From the human T2T-CHM13v2.0 reference genome, Homo sapiens: DNA of 64,000 nucleotides. The translations under genes and the position numbers were made by a program. Positions within the stretch are counted from its first letter, which is position 1, and each line of letters opens with the position of its first letter. Below are positions 29,421-44,364 of the stretch, piece after piece. The stretch lies in assembly GCF_009914755.1 (NCBI RefSeq), contig NC_060939.1, one strand, 5' to 3'. Below the pieces are notes generated by a model. That model was not told where the DNA came from, did not search any database, and was given only the letters and a program-made list of their open reading frames with translations.

Positions 29421-30176
29421 CTTCCTTTGCAGAGATTTTCAGAAAGAAGTGTCAATGACCCTGGGAAGATCAGAGGATGATAAGTACCAGGGGAAACTGT
29501 TTTACTAGTTAGAGTGATCTCAGTTCTTTTTTTTATACCCTTGGCTAGGTTGTCCTTGGGAAATACTATTTATACTTGTTAGTATTTTTGCCTTTTTTTT
29601 AACTTTTAGTTTTTCATCATGTGGAACATAGCATTTATTAGATAAACATTTCACATTTTTGTTCCAAATTGCTATACTTGTCATGAGTATTAAAAACCAT
29701 ATTTTCTTTAATCACACTTTTATAGACCTTATCTAATATGAAAAGGAAGTTGACAGAAAAATTGGGTAATTTCTTTTGTTATGATTCTCATATACACACC
29801 AAGAGAAAAACATTATTCCTACTATATATGTTTATGCTCTTCATAACATTTCTACTATTTTACTTATCCACCTTTGAAATGAAGCAATTAAATTACATTT
29901 CCCTATGTTTTATTGTCAACAGATAATCTATAACCCACTATATGGTGTTATAATGACATTATTTGCCCTTTTTCTAAGCAAGGAAAGTTACCATTATTTA
30001 CCACAGAGTAATCATATTTGGAGTGTTCCAGAAAGAACTCTGTTCTATACCATCTGCCCAAGTTACTTACTGACACTCTTTTAAACTGAGAACTCTCCAA
30101 ATGTGTTGCCAGCTGATTTTTCTTTGCACTAGATCTATGCATCAAATACCAACTGGACACATCTGATAACACTGCC

Positions 30177-30601
30177 TGTGGCAGATGCTGCCATGCGTTG
30201 TCCACATTCCTGTTTTGGAATACAATACCCATGACTCCAGCTATGAGAGTATTGACAGCTGTCAGCCATCTTTAGGGATTGTGTTGGCTGAAGAGTTATC
30301 TCACTCAATGTCACGTCCCTTTTTTGGGTCAGCCTCCTTCCAATGAATGCTCAATATAGGGGTATAAGTGCCCCACAAAAGTGGGTACAACTCTGAGGGT
30401 AATTCCATTTTTGGTACTTGTCATAGGGCTGGCTGAGGCTTCCTTGAGATTGCATCGATGCCCACCTTCCTCCTCTGCTCAATTATGCTACTTTCTCTTC
30501 CCTTCACCGTGAGTTGATTCCAAGTGCACTCTCTAATAAGCCTTCCATATGCTAATCTCCACCCCAGAATCAACTTCCTGGGAAACTCAGCTTGCTATAC
30601 A
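30177..30601 (+). mobile_element. ERVL LTR16-like solo LTR
   Basis: Starts 'tgtggcagatgctg'; homologous to 4257-5107 ('cagctgtcagcc..tt.agggattgt'); ends 'cttcctgggaaactcagcttgc'. Confidence 0.75.
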
Positions 30602-31112
30602 GACAGCTATCTCAAATATGATGTGCCTATAACTTAACATACATTCAGGGAACAGGATGAGGGCTTCTCCTCTGTTTCCTAAACTAGATCATGGTATCCA
30701 GTCTAACACTCAAGTTAGAGACCTGGGAGTTCCTTTGGACTCTTTTCTTCATCACTATTATTGTTTTGGTTGCCAGTTCTGTTGATTTTCTTAAATTCAT
30801 TTCCAAACATTTCCTCCTCTTTCCATTCCCACTGCCACTGCTATGGCTGAAGTACTCACTATTTCTCATCTGACAAGAGCAGCGGTCTTATAACTTACTT
30901 ATTTACAGATGTGTAGCAGATGCTGTCAGGGCCCTGCTATATCCCCTTAACACTTAAACTGTTTCTATACTTGCCAAGGGCTTGTTACAGCAAGCACCTG
31001 ACACTCTCCCCCAGAGCTTTTTCCAGCCTCTGCAGACAGCTAAGTCTGTGCCATGGGCAGACGGAAAGGGCTGAGGGGTGGGGGCGGTGAGCACTCCCAG
31101 GAACAGCCCTCA

Positions 31113-32064
<952 letters not shown>

Positions 32065-34174
32065 GCTGGCTAATAAATACTCAGATGGGTTTTTTACCTG
32101 ATCTCTCAGAAGTCACCTGTGGATTTGAACTTTAGTTGCCTACAATAATAACCTTCTCAATAATGTATCCTTTACTGACATGCCTTCCCAGTTTTACCTC
32201 TTAATTCCCCTATCAGTGCTTCCTGGTATCACTTCTTCTAGGAACTGGCTGTGAAAACAATATTGCCTTAGGCAAGGTTGCCCCAGAAAATGATCCTGAG
32301 ACAAGGATTTCAGTGCGAAAAGAATTATCTGAATGAAACATATACATGTGATCATTTCATTGTCTTACTTAAAAATTTAGTCTGCTACAGGGTAAGGCCC
32401 AAAGTCTTCAACATGACATCTAAGGCCCTTTATAGCTTATGGCAGGATCTTTGCTGGTCTCTTGAGCTGGCAGATCAGGGTCATGGCCTTCTGAATAAAC
32501 CACAGTCATCTCTCACTAAGAAGATAAGGTCTTAACCTGCCAGGACAAGCTGGTCCAGGCTAAATGTAGGGTACATCTTATAGCTCTGAGAATACTGCAA
32601 ATAATTCTTCATTGAGCCAATTAATAAAGTAACCTTCTTTATTCTGTACATAAAAATGTGAGCTTCTCAATAACACGTTGATGAAAAATTTCCCACTCTT
32701 ACCCTATTTTGATGAGAGTTGCATAAAAGTCTTATTAATTTTTCACGGTTAAGCATTTCTTGCATAATGGTTGATGAAATTTCAGAGCTCACAGGAGAAC
32801 TACAATGGGAAAACAGGCAGTTTTTTCTTGTTTGTGCCTTTAACATAGCCTCTACATTTCAAATGGAAATGAAAGCCAAAGCTAAATTTATTAGATTAGT
32901 AAACAAGGCAAGGTAGTTCTATTCAATGAACATTTATGGAACACCTAGCATACAATGTAATAAGAGACATCCAAGAAAGCTATTAGGACCAGGTAGGATG
33001 AATTGAAATAGACTAAGTATGAGTACATGCAAAACAAACAATAATTATGAATTTCTCCCCAAAGCCTTATGCTGAACCATTATTTAATCCTGTGTACATT
33101 GTAAGTTTTCTCCAATTTACATGTAACAAACAACCTTAAATAACTTAGCCCACAGTCTCAAACTTAAATACCATTTCCCCAGGATGACCCTTTTTAATTT
33201 TTATTTGATACATACTATTTATACATATTTTTGGGGTACATGTGATACTTTGTTACATGCATAGAATGTGTAATGATCAAGTCTGGGTATTTGGGGTATC
33301 CATTACCTCAAGTATTTATCATTTCTATCTGGTGGGAACATTTCAAGTCCTGTCTGTTTTGAGATACACAATACTTTGTTGTTAACTACAGTCACCCTAC
33401 TCTCCTGTCAAACATTAGCACTTATTCCTTCTATCTAACTGTGCGATTGTACCCATTAACCAACCTATCTTTATCCCCCATCCCTCTCCACACACAAACT
33501 TTCCAGCCTCTGGTATCTATCATTCTACTCTCTATCTCCATGAGATTAGCTTTTAAGGCTCTCATGTGAGTAAGAACATATGATATTTGTCTTTCTGTGC
33601 CTGGTTTGTTTCACTTAACATAATGATGTCTAGTTCCATCCATGCTGCTGCAAATTACATAATTTCATTTTTTATGGCCAAATAATATTTCATTGTACAT
33701 ATACCATATTTTCTTTATCCCTTTATCTGTTGATGGACACTTAGGTTGATTCCACATCTTGGTTATTGTGAATGGTGCTGCAATAAACATGGAAGTGCAG
33801 GTATTCATTTGTTATTCTATTTTTCTTTTCCTTTGGATAAATACCCAGTAGTGGGATTGCTGGATCACATGGTAATTCTAATTTTAGTATTTTGAAAAAT
33901 CTCTATACTGTTTTCCATAGTGTCTCTACTAATTTATGTTCCCACCAAAAGTGTATAAAAGTTCCTTTTTCTCTGCATTCTTGATAGCATCTGTTTTTTT
34001 GTTTAATCTTTTTATTAATAGCCATTCTGACTGGTCCAACATATCCCATTGTGGTTTTAATTTGTATTTTCCTTATTACTGAATAAGTGAAAAAATGCTG
34101 GTGAGCATTTTTTATACACCTGTTGGCCATGTGTATGTCTTCTTTTGAGAAGTGTCTTTTCCTTTCCCCACATT

Positions 34175-34876
34175 TAATTTTTTTATTTGTGTTTTATTTA
34201 AGTTCCAGGATACAAGTGCAGAATGTGTAGGTTTGCTACATAGGTATACGTGTGCCATGGTGGTTTGCAGCACCTATCAACCCGTCATCTAGGTTTTAAG
34301 TTCTGCATGCATTAGTTATTTGACCTAATGCTCTCCCTCCCCTTGCCACCTAGTCCCCTGACTGGCCCTGGTGTATGTCATTCCCCTCCCAGTGTCTGAT
34401 TGTTCTCATTGCTCAACTCCCACTTATGAGTGAAAACATGTGGTGCTTGGTTTTCTGTTCCTGTGTTCGTTTGCTGAAGATGATGGCATCCAGCTTTATC
34501 CATGTCCCTGTGAAGAACATCATCTCATTCCTTTTTATGGCTACATGGTATTCCATGGTGTATATGTACCACATTTTCTTCATTTGGTCTATCATTGATG
34601 GACATTTGGGTATGTTCATGTCTTTGCTATTGTAAATAGTCCTGCAATAAACATGTGTGTGCATCTGTCTTTATAGTAGAATGATTTGTGTTCCTTTGGG
34701 TATATACCCTGTAATGGGATTGCTAAGTCAAATGGTGTTTCTGGTTCTAGATCCTTGAGGAATTGCCACACTGTCTTCCACAATGGTTGAAATAATTCCC
34801 ACCAACAGTGTAAAAGTATTCCTATTTCTTCACAGCCTCCCCAGCATCTATTGTTTCTTGACATTTTTGCCATTCT
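34175..34876 (-). mobile_element. 5'-truncated L1PA (about PA8-10)
   Basis: 'aagttccaggatacaagtgcagaatgtg..gtgccatggtggtttgc..cacctatcaacccgtcatctagg'. Confidence 0.88.
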
Positions 34877-35634
34877 GTTTTTGCCCACTTCTTAATGAGA
34901 TTTTGTTTTTTTGCCATTAAATTGAGTTTCTTTTATACTCTGAATATTAGTCCCATGTCAGATGAATAGTTTGTAAATACTTTCTTTCAGTATGTAGGTT
35001 GTCTCTTCGCTCTGTTGATTTTTTTTGGTGTGCAGAAGATTTTTAGTTCGATATAGTTTCATCTATTTTTTATTTAGTTGCCTGTGTTTTTGAGGTCTTC
35101 TTTAATGAAATCTTTTCCTAGACCAGTGTCCTGGAGTGTTTCCTCTGTAAACTTTTAGTAGTCTTCCAGTTTCATGTCTTACATTTAAGCCTTTAATCCA
35201 TTCTGAGTTAATTTTTGTATATGGTGAGATATAGGAATCTTGTTTTATTTTGTGCATATGAATATCCAATTTTTCCAGCACCATTTATTGAAGAGGGTGT
35301 CCTTTCTGCAACGTATGTTCTTGGCACCTTTGTTGAAAATTGGTTGGCTATAAATATGTGGATTGGGGTTCTCTATTCTGTTCCATCTGTTTTTATACCA
35401 ACCATGGTATTTTGGTTAGTATAGCCTTGTAATATATTTCAAAGTCAGGTAATATGCCTCCAGCTCAGTTATTTTTGTTCAGAATTGCTTTGGCTAGTTG
35501 AGTTCTTTTTTGGTTCCATATGAATTTTAGGATTGTTTTTTAATGTATCTATGAAAAATGACATTGGTATTTTGATAAGGATTGCATTGAATCTGTAGAT
35601 GACTTTGAGCAGTATGACCATTTTGACAATATTC

Positions 35635-35975
35635 TTTTTTTTTTTTATTATACTTTAAGTTTTAGGGTACATGTGTACAATGTACAGGTTAGTTACATAT
35701 ATACACATGTGCCATGTTGGTGTGCTGCACCCATTAACTCATCATTTAACATTAGGTATATCTCCTAATGCTATCCCTCCCTCCTCCCCCCACCCCACAA
35801 CAGGCCCCGGTGTGTGATGTTCCCCTTCCTGTGTCCATGTGTTCTCATTGCTCAATTCCCACCTATGAGTGAGAACACGCAGTGTTTGGTTTTTTGTCCT
35901 TGCGGTAGTTTGCTGAGAATGATGGTTTCCAGCTTCGTCCATATCCCCACAAAGGACATGAACTCATCATTATTT
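35635..35975 (-). mobile_element. 5'-truncated L1PA (about PA3-5) 3' end
   Basis: 'ttattatactttaagttttagggtacatgtg..ggttagttacatat'; TSD acaata(t/a)tctttt. Confidence 0.92.
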
Positions 35976-37279
35976 ACAATAATCTTTTGATTCATGAGCA
36001 TGGCGTATCTTTGCACTTGTGTCCTTATCCATTTCCTTCATCAGTGTTTTGTAGTTTAACTTGTAGTAGTTTTCCATCTTCTTGGTTAGATATACTCCTA
36101 GGTATTTTATTTGATAGCTATTATAAATGGAATTATTTTCTCAATTTTTTTCCCAGGCAGTTCATTTTTGGTATATATTAATATTACTGTTATTTGTTGA
36201 TTTTTTTGTATTCTGTAAATTTACTGAAGCATTTTTCAAATCTAAGGTTTTTTAGTGTAGTCTTTAGGTTTTTCTGGATATAATATGTCATCTGCAAGAG
36301 GCACACTTTGACTTTTTCTTTTCCAGTTTGAATGCCTTTTAGTTTTTTCTCTTACCCAATTGCTCTGGCTAGGACTTTGAGTACTATGTTGAATGAGAGT
36401 AGTGAAAGTGGACATCCTTGTCTTGTTTCAGTTCTTAGAGAAAAGGCTTTCAGCTTTTCTCCACTCAGTGTGATGTTAGCTGTGAGTTTGTCTTATATGA
36501 TCTTTATTATGTTGTGGTATGTTCCTTCTATTCCTAGTTTGCTGAGAGTTTTTATCAGGAAAGGATGTTAAATTTTATCAAATGCTTTTTTTGCTTCTAT
36601 TGACATAATTATATGATTTTTGTCCTTCATTCTGTTGATGTGTCATGTTTGTTTATTTGCATCTCTTGAACCATCCTTGCATCCCTGGGGTGAATCTCAC
36701 TTGCTCATGATATATCATCTTTTTGATGTGCTGTTTGATTTGGTTTTGCTAGTATTTTGTTGAGGATTTTTTATCTATGTTCATTAGGGGTATTGGCCTG
36801 TAGTTATCTTTTTTTGTTGCATCATTGTCTAGTTTTGGTATCAGAGTAATGCTGGGCTTGTAGAATGAGTCGAAGAGAATTCCCTTCTCTGATTTTTTTG
36901 GAAATAATTTGAGGATAGTTGATATTAGTTCTTCTTTGTGAGTTTGGTGGCGTTTGGCAGTGAAGCCTTGTGTTTCTGGACTTTTCTTTCTTGAGAAAGT
37001 TTTTATTACTGATTCAATCTTATTATTCATTATTGGACTGTTTAGGTTTTCTATTTTTTCCTGACTCGAACTTCAGGAATGTATCCATTTACTCTAGGTT
37101 TTCCAGCTCATTAGTGTATAGTTTTTCATAATAGTATTTGATAATCTTAATGACTTTCTAACCCCATAATTTGTTTTCCAGTGTATTAGTTTGTCTTGAT
37201 AAACATTAAAATAATTTTTAATTGCTCATTTCTCTTTTCCAATTTTGATGCCTTTTAGTTTTCTCTCTTGCCTGACTGG

Positions 37280-37420
37280 ACTGTAAGTTTTCTCATGGGA
37301 CTGCAAGTCTCAGGAGGATGTGGACCATATCATTGTTGTTTACCATGTATTTTTAGTACCCAACAGTGTGCTTTGACACATGAGGGTTCTATACATATGT
37401 ATTAAATAAATGGATAGTTC
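37280..37420 (+). mobile_element. L2 3' end fragment
   Basis: 'gactgtaag...tattaaataaatg'. Confidence 0.5.
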
Positions 37421-38894
37421 AACATGGGAGAATAAGGAATTAATCTCAGGTCTGACTTCCTATCCTCATTTTCTTTATGATACACTATACTTTCAGCAGA
37501 TTAAGAAGCAAAGATACTATAATGCATATCTATAAAATTGGTGCTGAATTATAAGTTGATTGGCAGTATGTAATTGACAGCACACTGATAAAACCTATAT
37601 GCTTTTGTGTAATTTTGTTTATAAATGTTTGTTCATGCTTCATGGACTATGGAGGCAGACAAGATTCTAAGCTAGGAATTTCCTCATGCAAAGATTTCAG
37701 GACATGGGCTTTTCAGTGATGAACTTTCACACACAAAGTACATTAAATCTGTGAACTACTTATCTAAAACCATTCACCCAACCTTTCATTTATTGATCCC
37801 TGGCTTAGCCCATGAGAAAATTTAATATTTTCCCATGACAATTGTTAGCATTGAGGCTTAATCTCATTTAGGCTTAATTCTCACTTTATGGCTATAAGAT
37901 GGCTTTAACAATTCCAGATAGTGCAGGTAGACAACATTTGGCCAAATAAAACTTTTTTTTTTCCACAATAGATTCTTTGATTTTGAACTAGGAAGGAAAA
38001 CTTTCCCGGAAGCCTCCTGTAAATTCTCAGGGAAATCTGGACTGGAGTGGGTCCCATGCCCATGTTTTAGTGAACAGGGGAGTGAGAAAATGCTTATCTG
38101 GCATTGTAAACTTCTTCATCCACCTTCTTTTTTGTAGGTTTTGTCTTTTATTACAGCATAGACAACCAATGGTGTCTCCTACAGGAGTGCTTACTTATTG
38201 CAATGGACCAACTTTAAGTTTTTATTAAAGGGTTTGATTTTACAGATGGTTTTCATAAGAGTTGAAGGAGATTTGGTAATTTAAATAATCTAATGGTAAA
38301 AACAAAGCAACAAACAAAACTTGTTCCTTATATTTATCTCTCCAGTATATCCTAACATTTTTCCTAATTAGTTCCATTAACTCATTTTGTCTGGGTTTTT
38401 TTTTTTGGTGGGGCGGAGGGGTGGTGAATAGAGATCTAAAACCTATCCTTTTCAGTGAGAGAAAAGGCTGGAAAAGCAGGTATGGGATAAATTAAGGTCT
38501 TCCAGTGAAATGATATGCCCCCTCACATTCCCATCCTACACACACTTGGTGCTTGTGGAATTTTCTAAGTACATCACATAGTTCTTGCCTTGTGCCTTTG
38601 CTCCCCACAGTCTGTTAAAATGCTAATTCTCACAGGAGAAGAGGCATTAGGACCAGATCTTGAAGTCTTCCATGGTTCCCTTTTCTCTTACATTGACCCA
38701 CATCATTATAGTTGGGTTCCTAATTTCTTCACAATCTATGACTTCAAGGATGCCACAGTATAGTGTCTTATTTATCTTGGTACTTTCAAGGACAAGTACC
38801 CAGTGTGAAGCCAATGCTCGAAGTAGGTTCTTCTTCCTTGTATCCATACCCTTTGCAATATTACTTACAGACTCTACTTACTGATGAGAGGAGC

Positions 38895-39410
38895 TGCAAT
38901 TTTCCCACCCCTTGAAACAGGCTGGCTTGTGGCTTGCCACATTCATTGGCTAAAACAAAAGTGACAAAAGGTTAATTCTGAACCTAGGCTTCAAGAGGCC
39001 TTGTATGTGTCTGCTTTCATTTTCCATCTGATTAGCCTGGGCATGTTTTCACAATATTGCCAGGGAGAGAGTCCACTGAGACCATGCAGAGAGGAGTTGA
39101 GGCCATTCTGAATAAGCTGGCAGCCAGTGGACCCCAAAACTGTGAGAAGATCAAGCCAGATAAGCAGAACTGCCTACTTAAGTCACAGCAGAATATGTAC
39201 ACTTTTATGAATATACCAGAAACCATAAAAAACCCATTCTACCTATAAACATATGAACAGTATAAAATATGATACTTTTTAAAAATTTATTATATTTTAA
39301 GTTTTGGGGTACATGTGCACAATGTGCAGGTTAGTTACATATGTATAAATATGATACTTTTAAGCTATGTTTTTGGATGATTTGTAACACAGCAATACCT
39401 ACTGATATCA
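38895..39410 (+). mobile_element. MLT1G/H-like MaLR LTR
   Basis: 'tttcccaccccttgaa..ggctgg..ctgaacctaggcttcaagaggccttg'; ends 'ttgtaacacagcaata..actgata'. Confidence 0.7.
39283..39347 (-). mobile_element. Ultra-short L1PA 3' end insertion
   Basis: 'ttattatattttaagttttggggtacatgtgcacaatgtgcaggttagttacatatgtata' between copies of aaatatgatactttt(t)aa. Confidence 0.9.
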
Positions 39411-39789
39411 TGTTCAAAGTTTCTTTTGTTGAAATCACCTTTTGTAATTGAAAAAGTATTTTCATCTTGGCAAATAAGAGTCTGAGTACATGACCAAAAT
39501 TCTTCGTGGAAAGATTACCACAGATAGCGAACAATCTAACTCCAAAGGAGAAACAAGTCAATAAGACAATAACATTTTTAAAAGTAAGTGGAAATGTTAT
39601 CTTTAAAATATACTAGTCATGAAAACAAGATGAAAAAGTACAAGTACAAAATCATTTAATGCTAATACTTTTTCTTTTTTGGGGGGATCCACTGTCTTTA
39701 TAGCATGTGCTTTTTTCCATCCCCTCAACTCAAAAGATAAATGAGTTACTAATATTCCAATTACACTGTTTAAGTTACTTGAAAACTTA

Positions 39790-40295
39790 AAATTAAGTTA
39801 TTATTGACTTTAATCACCCTGTTATGCTAAATAGTGGATCTTATTCTTTCTAATCATTTTTTTTTTGTATCTGTTAACCATCCCTACTTCCCCTCTATCA
39901 CCTTACCCTTCCCAGCCTCTGGTAACTATCCTTCTACTCTTTGTCATGACTTCAATTGCTTTGATTTTTAGATTCCACAAACAAATGAGAACATGTGATG
40001 TTTATCTTTCTGTGCCTGGCTTATTTCACTTAACATAATAACCTCCAGTTCCATCTATGTTGTTACAAATGACTAGATTTCATTCTTTCTTATGGATGAA
40101 TAGTACTCCATTTTTTGTATATGTACCACATTTTCTTTATCCGTTTATCTGTTGATGAACACTTAGGTTGCTTCTAATTTTAGCTATTGTAAACAGTGCT
40201 GCAACAAACATGGGAGTACAGATATCTCTTTGATATACTAATTTCCTTTCTTTTGGATATATACCCAGCAAGATTGCTAGATCATATGGTAGTTC

Positions 40296-40341
<46 letters not shown>

Positions 40342-40570
40342 GAACTTCAAACTGTTCTCCATAGTGGTTGTATTAATTTACATTCCCACCAACGGTGTAC
40401 AAATGTTCCCTTTTCTCCACATCCTCGCCAGCATTTGTTATTGCCTGTCTTTTGGATAAAAGCCATTTCTCCTGGGGTGAGATGATATCTTATTGTAGTT
40501 TTGATTTGCATTTCTCTGATGATCCGTGATACTGAGCACCTTTTCATATGCCTGTTTGCCATTACTTTTC
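39790..40570 (-). mobile_element. L1MA 3' fragment
   Basis: 'cccttcccagcctctggtaactatccttctactct'; ORF 40347..40625 (..[15 protein letters not shown]..). Confidence 0.88.
40300..40340. repeat. Pure T41 mononucleotide run
   Basis: Counted directly from the sequence. Confidence 0.97.
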
Positions 40571-41724
40571 TTTCTTGAATACAAGATTTTGATGTGCTTA
40601 GAGAGATAGTAGTAATACCATTCAAAAGTCAAATTTATTCAAAATGCCTTTCAAGCACTTCTTTATTGCTATGCTAATTAAGCTTAATTCATAAATGAAT
40701 TATCAAGTTGAGGTGTGTTTGGCAAATGTGGTCTATTAAGGAACACTTAGGTTTTATAACTCCTCTCAGTTGACTGAGTTCTGAACACTGTATGGTTCTC
40801 TGCCAGGCCATGGGGCTTATTCTCATGTTAAAATAACAGGTATTTGCCAAGAATCCTGATTTAAGTATGTCTTTCTACAACTGTAAACAAATCATTATGG
40901 TGCCTCAGCACTCTGAACATTAAAAGGGATCATGGGATCATCAATAGCTCAGAGCTACCTAACTCAGAACTTCAGATTTTATGTGATTGGGTCAGAATGC
41001 TAATATGAACTAGGAATGCAAAATATATTTTTAGACTCTAATATTTGCAACCAGGAAGAAATAGTTAAGAAGAAAGCATTCAATCCATGATTCTACTTTA
41101 ACCAAAATCTAAACAGGTGGAAATGATGTACTATTATTTGCTCTTCTGTGCCTGGCAAATCAGCTTTGTGCAACTATAATTAAGATGAGCCATAGAGAAA
41201 TTCAGTAAAGGGATTTTGAGTTGGTCTCATGCTCAATTTCTTTTGCTGCAGGGGCAAGATAAATTGGAGGTTTAGACATGCACAGGGTTACCCTACTCAT
41301 GTTAGAATTCAAGGAAGGGGCAAACACTTAAGCAGTAATTCTACTCAAAGCTCACTCTGTGAGTTCAGAGAAGAAACCTGCTTGGAAGTAAGACCTGGGA
41401 CTGGAAAGTAAATCTGGGGACACTCAGAGTTGAAGGTGATACTACTGCAATATTGATTTGATATGTACCCTTTGATCTGTAGTGAATGAAAATTAAGTCA
41501 ACAATATTTACTGGGTTCTAAGTACTTCTGGGATGTGTGTATTGGATGGGAGGGGACAGGGAAGAAAAGGTTGCTACTTTATCTCTACTCAGAAATTTAC
41601 TGTCCTTTTGAAATGGAAAGGGAGGATTTGTAGAACATTGAATAGTTTTTGACACCTCTGTGCCCCCTGCCTTACATATGTCTTCACAGTTGACTTCCCT
41701 TATCTCCTGTATTAAACAGTAGAC

Positions 41725-41835
41725 ATGACGGACAGAGGCTTTGAGAAGTTAGGTAAATTTCCCAAGGTCATATAACTAGTAAGTGTCAAAGCAAGGATTT
41801 GAAACCAGGCATGACTTCAAAACCCATGTTCTTCC
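41725..41835 (-). mobile_element. MIR fragment
   Basis: 'gagaagttaggtaaatttcccaaggtcatataactagtaagtg..ggatttgaaaccagg'. Confidence 0.75.
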
Positions 41836-42169
41836 CACCATAGAACACCACCAAAGAGCTAGAAGAGTAATTTTTGCAATGCTAGTACTGTATCTGTGAG
41901 AAAGTACATAAAACTACACGTTTACACGGCTGCTTTTCAAGGACAGATTGCTTCCACCAGAGGTATGATTTCCTGAAGTCCAGGCTGGTAGGTCTTTGTT
42001 TAGTACAATTATAGCCAATTTCTTTTTGTGAAAAAAGAATACAGTTTTATTAAAAACCTCAACTTTGCATATCGTAGTATTAGAGATGCATGGGAGTCAG
42101 TGGGGAAGCAAGGTAGGAATTTTTGTTTATTCAATTGAAGCTTTATGGAGCCTGAAAGAGCAGACTTGA

Positions 42170-43002
42170 AGTTATGAAAAACCAGAGTGGGTTTCCCACT
42201 CACACACCACCTAACACAACAATTTTGATACCAGATGTGTGGGAGAAAACTCTACACACCAACCAGTTCTCCAGTGGACACCAGCTGGGTGTCCTCTAAT
42301 TCATTTCAATTCTGGCAATATTTACCTGGAGATAATGTCAAGTTCCATAGGTTGAGGGCTCAGTTCCACAAGACTGCCCTCTACTATAGATGTCAGTCAC
42401 AAGTAGTAGGCTGTCACCTACACTTCTGACCAACTGGCTATATATTTTAGGTTCCCATGGCCTTCTCTTCAGGTTCAATTAATTTGCTAGAGTCACAAAA
42501 AAAACTCAGGGAAACACTTCACAGTGCTGATGTTACCAGTTTGTATGCAGATAAACAGCCAGATGAAAATACATAAAGTGAGGTCTGAATCTGGGAGGGT
42601 CGTGAAAGCAGGAGCTTCTGTGCCCCTGGAGTTGGAGTGTGCCACCTCCCAGCATGCTGATGCGTTCACCAACCTAGAAGCTCTCTGAATCCTGTCCTTT
42701 TGGGGTTTTATGGAGGCTTTATTATGTAGACATGATTGATTACATCACTGGACATTGGTAATTGACTTCAGCCTTCAGCCCCTCTACTCTCCCAAGAGGT
42801 TGTGGGGTCAGGCTGAAAGTCCCAAACCTCTAATCATTCCTTGGTCTTCCTGGTGACCAGCCCACATCCTGAGGCTATCTTCAGCCACCAGTCTTCTCAG
42901 TAGCATGTAAAAAACACTCATCTTGCCAGGGATTCCAAGATTTTTAAGAGTTCTGTGCCAGGAAATGAGTATGAATACCAAATATATATTTCACGACATC
43001 AC
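42170..43002 (-). mobile_element. MER21-type LTR
   Basis: 'ggacaccagctgggtgtcctctaattc..ggttgagggctcagttccacaagactgccc'; ends 'ccaaatatatatttcacgacatcac'. Confidence 0.85.
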
Positions 43003-43261
43003 CAGTAGAATTCCCCCAAACCCAGAAACAATTATGCCCAATTTCATTGATCTTGGGACATTGCTAAGGTATATTAGCAGCCTAAGATATAATAATAATT
43101 GAATATGTAATTAGTGAAACAATATCTCCAAGCAGAGAGTGCTCTGATTATCCTCTCAGGAGAATTCCTCAGAGCATTCTAGGGCAAAGAGGATTAAAAA
43201 TATACCTTTCTTTATGTAATCTGTGAAAATTTAAAACTGCTTTCATGCATGGCCTCCTTAA

Positions 43262-43397
43262 AAATTTTTTTTAATTCATACTTGATAAGAATTGTACATA
43301 TTTATGGGATACAATGTGATGTTTCAATAGATGTATAAATAGTATAATAATCAAATTGGAGTAATTACAATATCCATCACTAATCATTTGTTAATAT
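43262..43397 (-). mobile_element. Short L1MA 3' end insertion
   Basis: 'aattgtacatatttatgggatacaatgtgatgtttcaata'; TSD atggcctcctt at 43249 and 43398. Confidence 0.8.
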
Positions 43398-44364
43398 ATG
43401 GCCTCCTTTTTAAAAAAGCATCCTGATGGAGATATAATTCACCTGCCATTAAATTCACTCACTTACAGCATACAATTCAACCGGTTTTAGTTTATTTACA
43501 ATTATGCAACCATTACGACAATGTAAGTTTAAAATATGTTCATCCTAAAAATAAACCTTATGTCAGATTTTAAAATGTACTCTTCAGTTGATGAATATTC
43601 GAGTTGTTTCACATTTTGGCTATTATGAATAATGTTGCTATGAGCATTTGTGTTTAAGTTGTTGTGTGGTCATATTTTTTCATTTCTGTAGGATATGTGC
43701 CTAGGAGTAGAATTGCTGGATCACATAGTAGCACTATGTTAACATTTTAAGGAACTGCCAAACTATTGGCTAAATTGTCGCACCATTTTACGTTACCACC
43801 AGAAATAAAGAATGGTTCCAGTTTCTCCACATTCTCATCAACACTTGTTATTGTCCTTTCTTTTTGTTTTTTAATTAGCCATCCTAGTTCATGTGAAGTG
43901 GTTTCTTGTTGTGGTTTTGATTTGCATTACTCAAATAACTAATGATGCTGAGCATCTTTTCATATGCTTATTAGACATTTGTATAATATCTTTGAAGAAA
44001 TGTCTATTCGACTCCCTTTCCCATTTTTAAATTGGATTATTTATCTTATTGAGTTGTAAGAGTCTTCGTGTATTCTGGATACTCTTAATAGATATATGAT
44101 TTTTAAATATCTCCTCCCATTTTGTGGATTGATTTTTCATCTTCTTGATGCTATAATTTATAGCACAAAAGTTTTATTTTGATAGTTAATTTTATATAAT
44201 TTTAATTTTGTTACTTGTGCTTGTCTGACTTCCTGGTATCATACCTAATCTAGCGTTGCCTAATCCAAGGTCACATATTTTCGCTCCTATGTTTTCTGCT
44301 AGGAGACTTATAATTTTAACTCTTACACTATGTCTGTGGACTTTATTTAGAGTTAATTTATTTT

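Larger units (their letters stand above)
33191..37150 (-). mobile_element. L1MA (about MA3-4) 3'UTR and ORF2, hosting two L1PA insertions
   Basis: 3' end 'ggggtacatgtgata..ttgttacatgcatagaatgtgtaatgatcaagtc'; ORF 36749..37030 (..KKSP..GFT..SFYKPSITLIPK..NYRPI.LMNID) is L1 ORF2. Confidence 0.92.
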
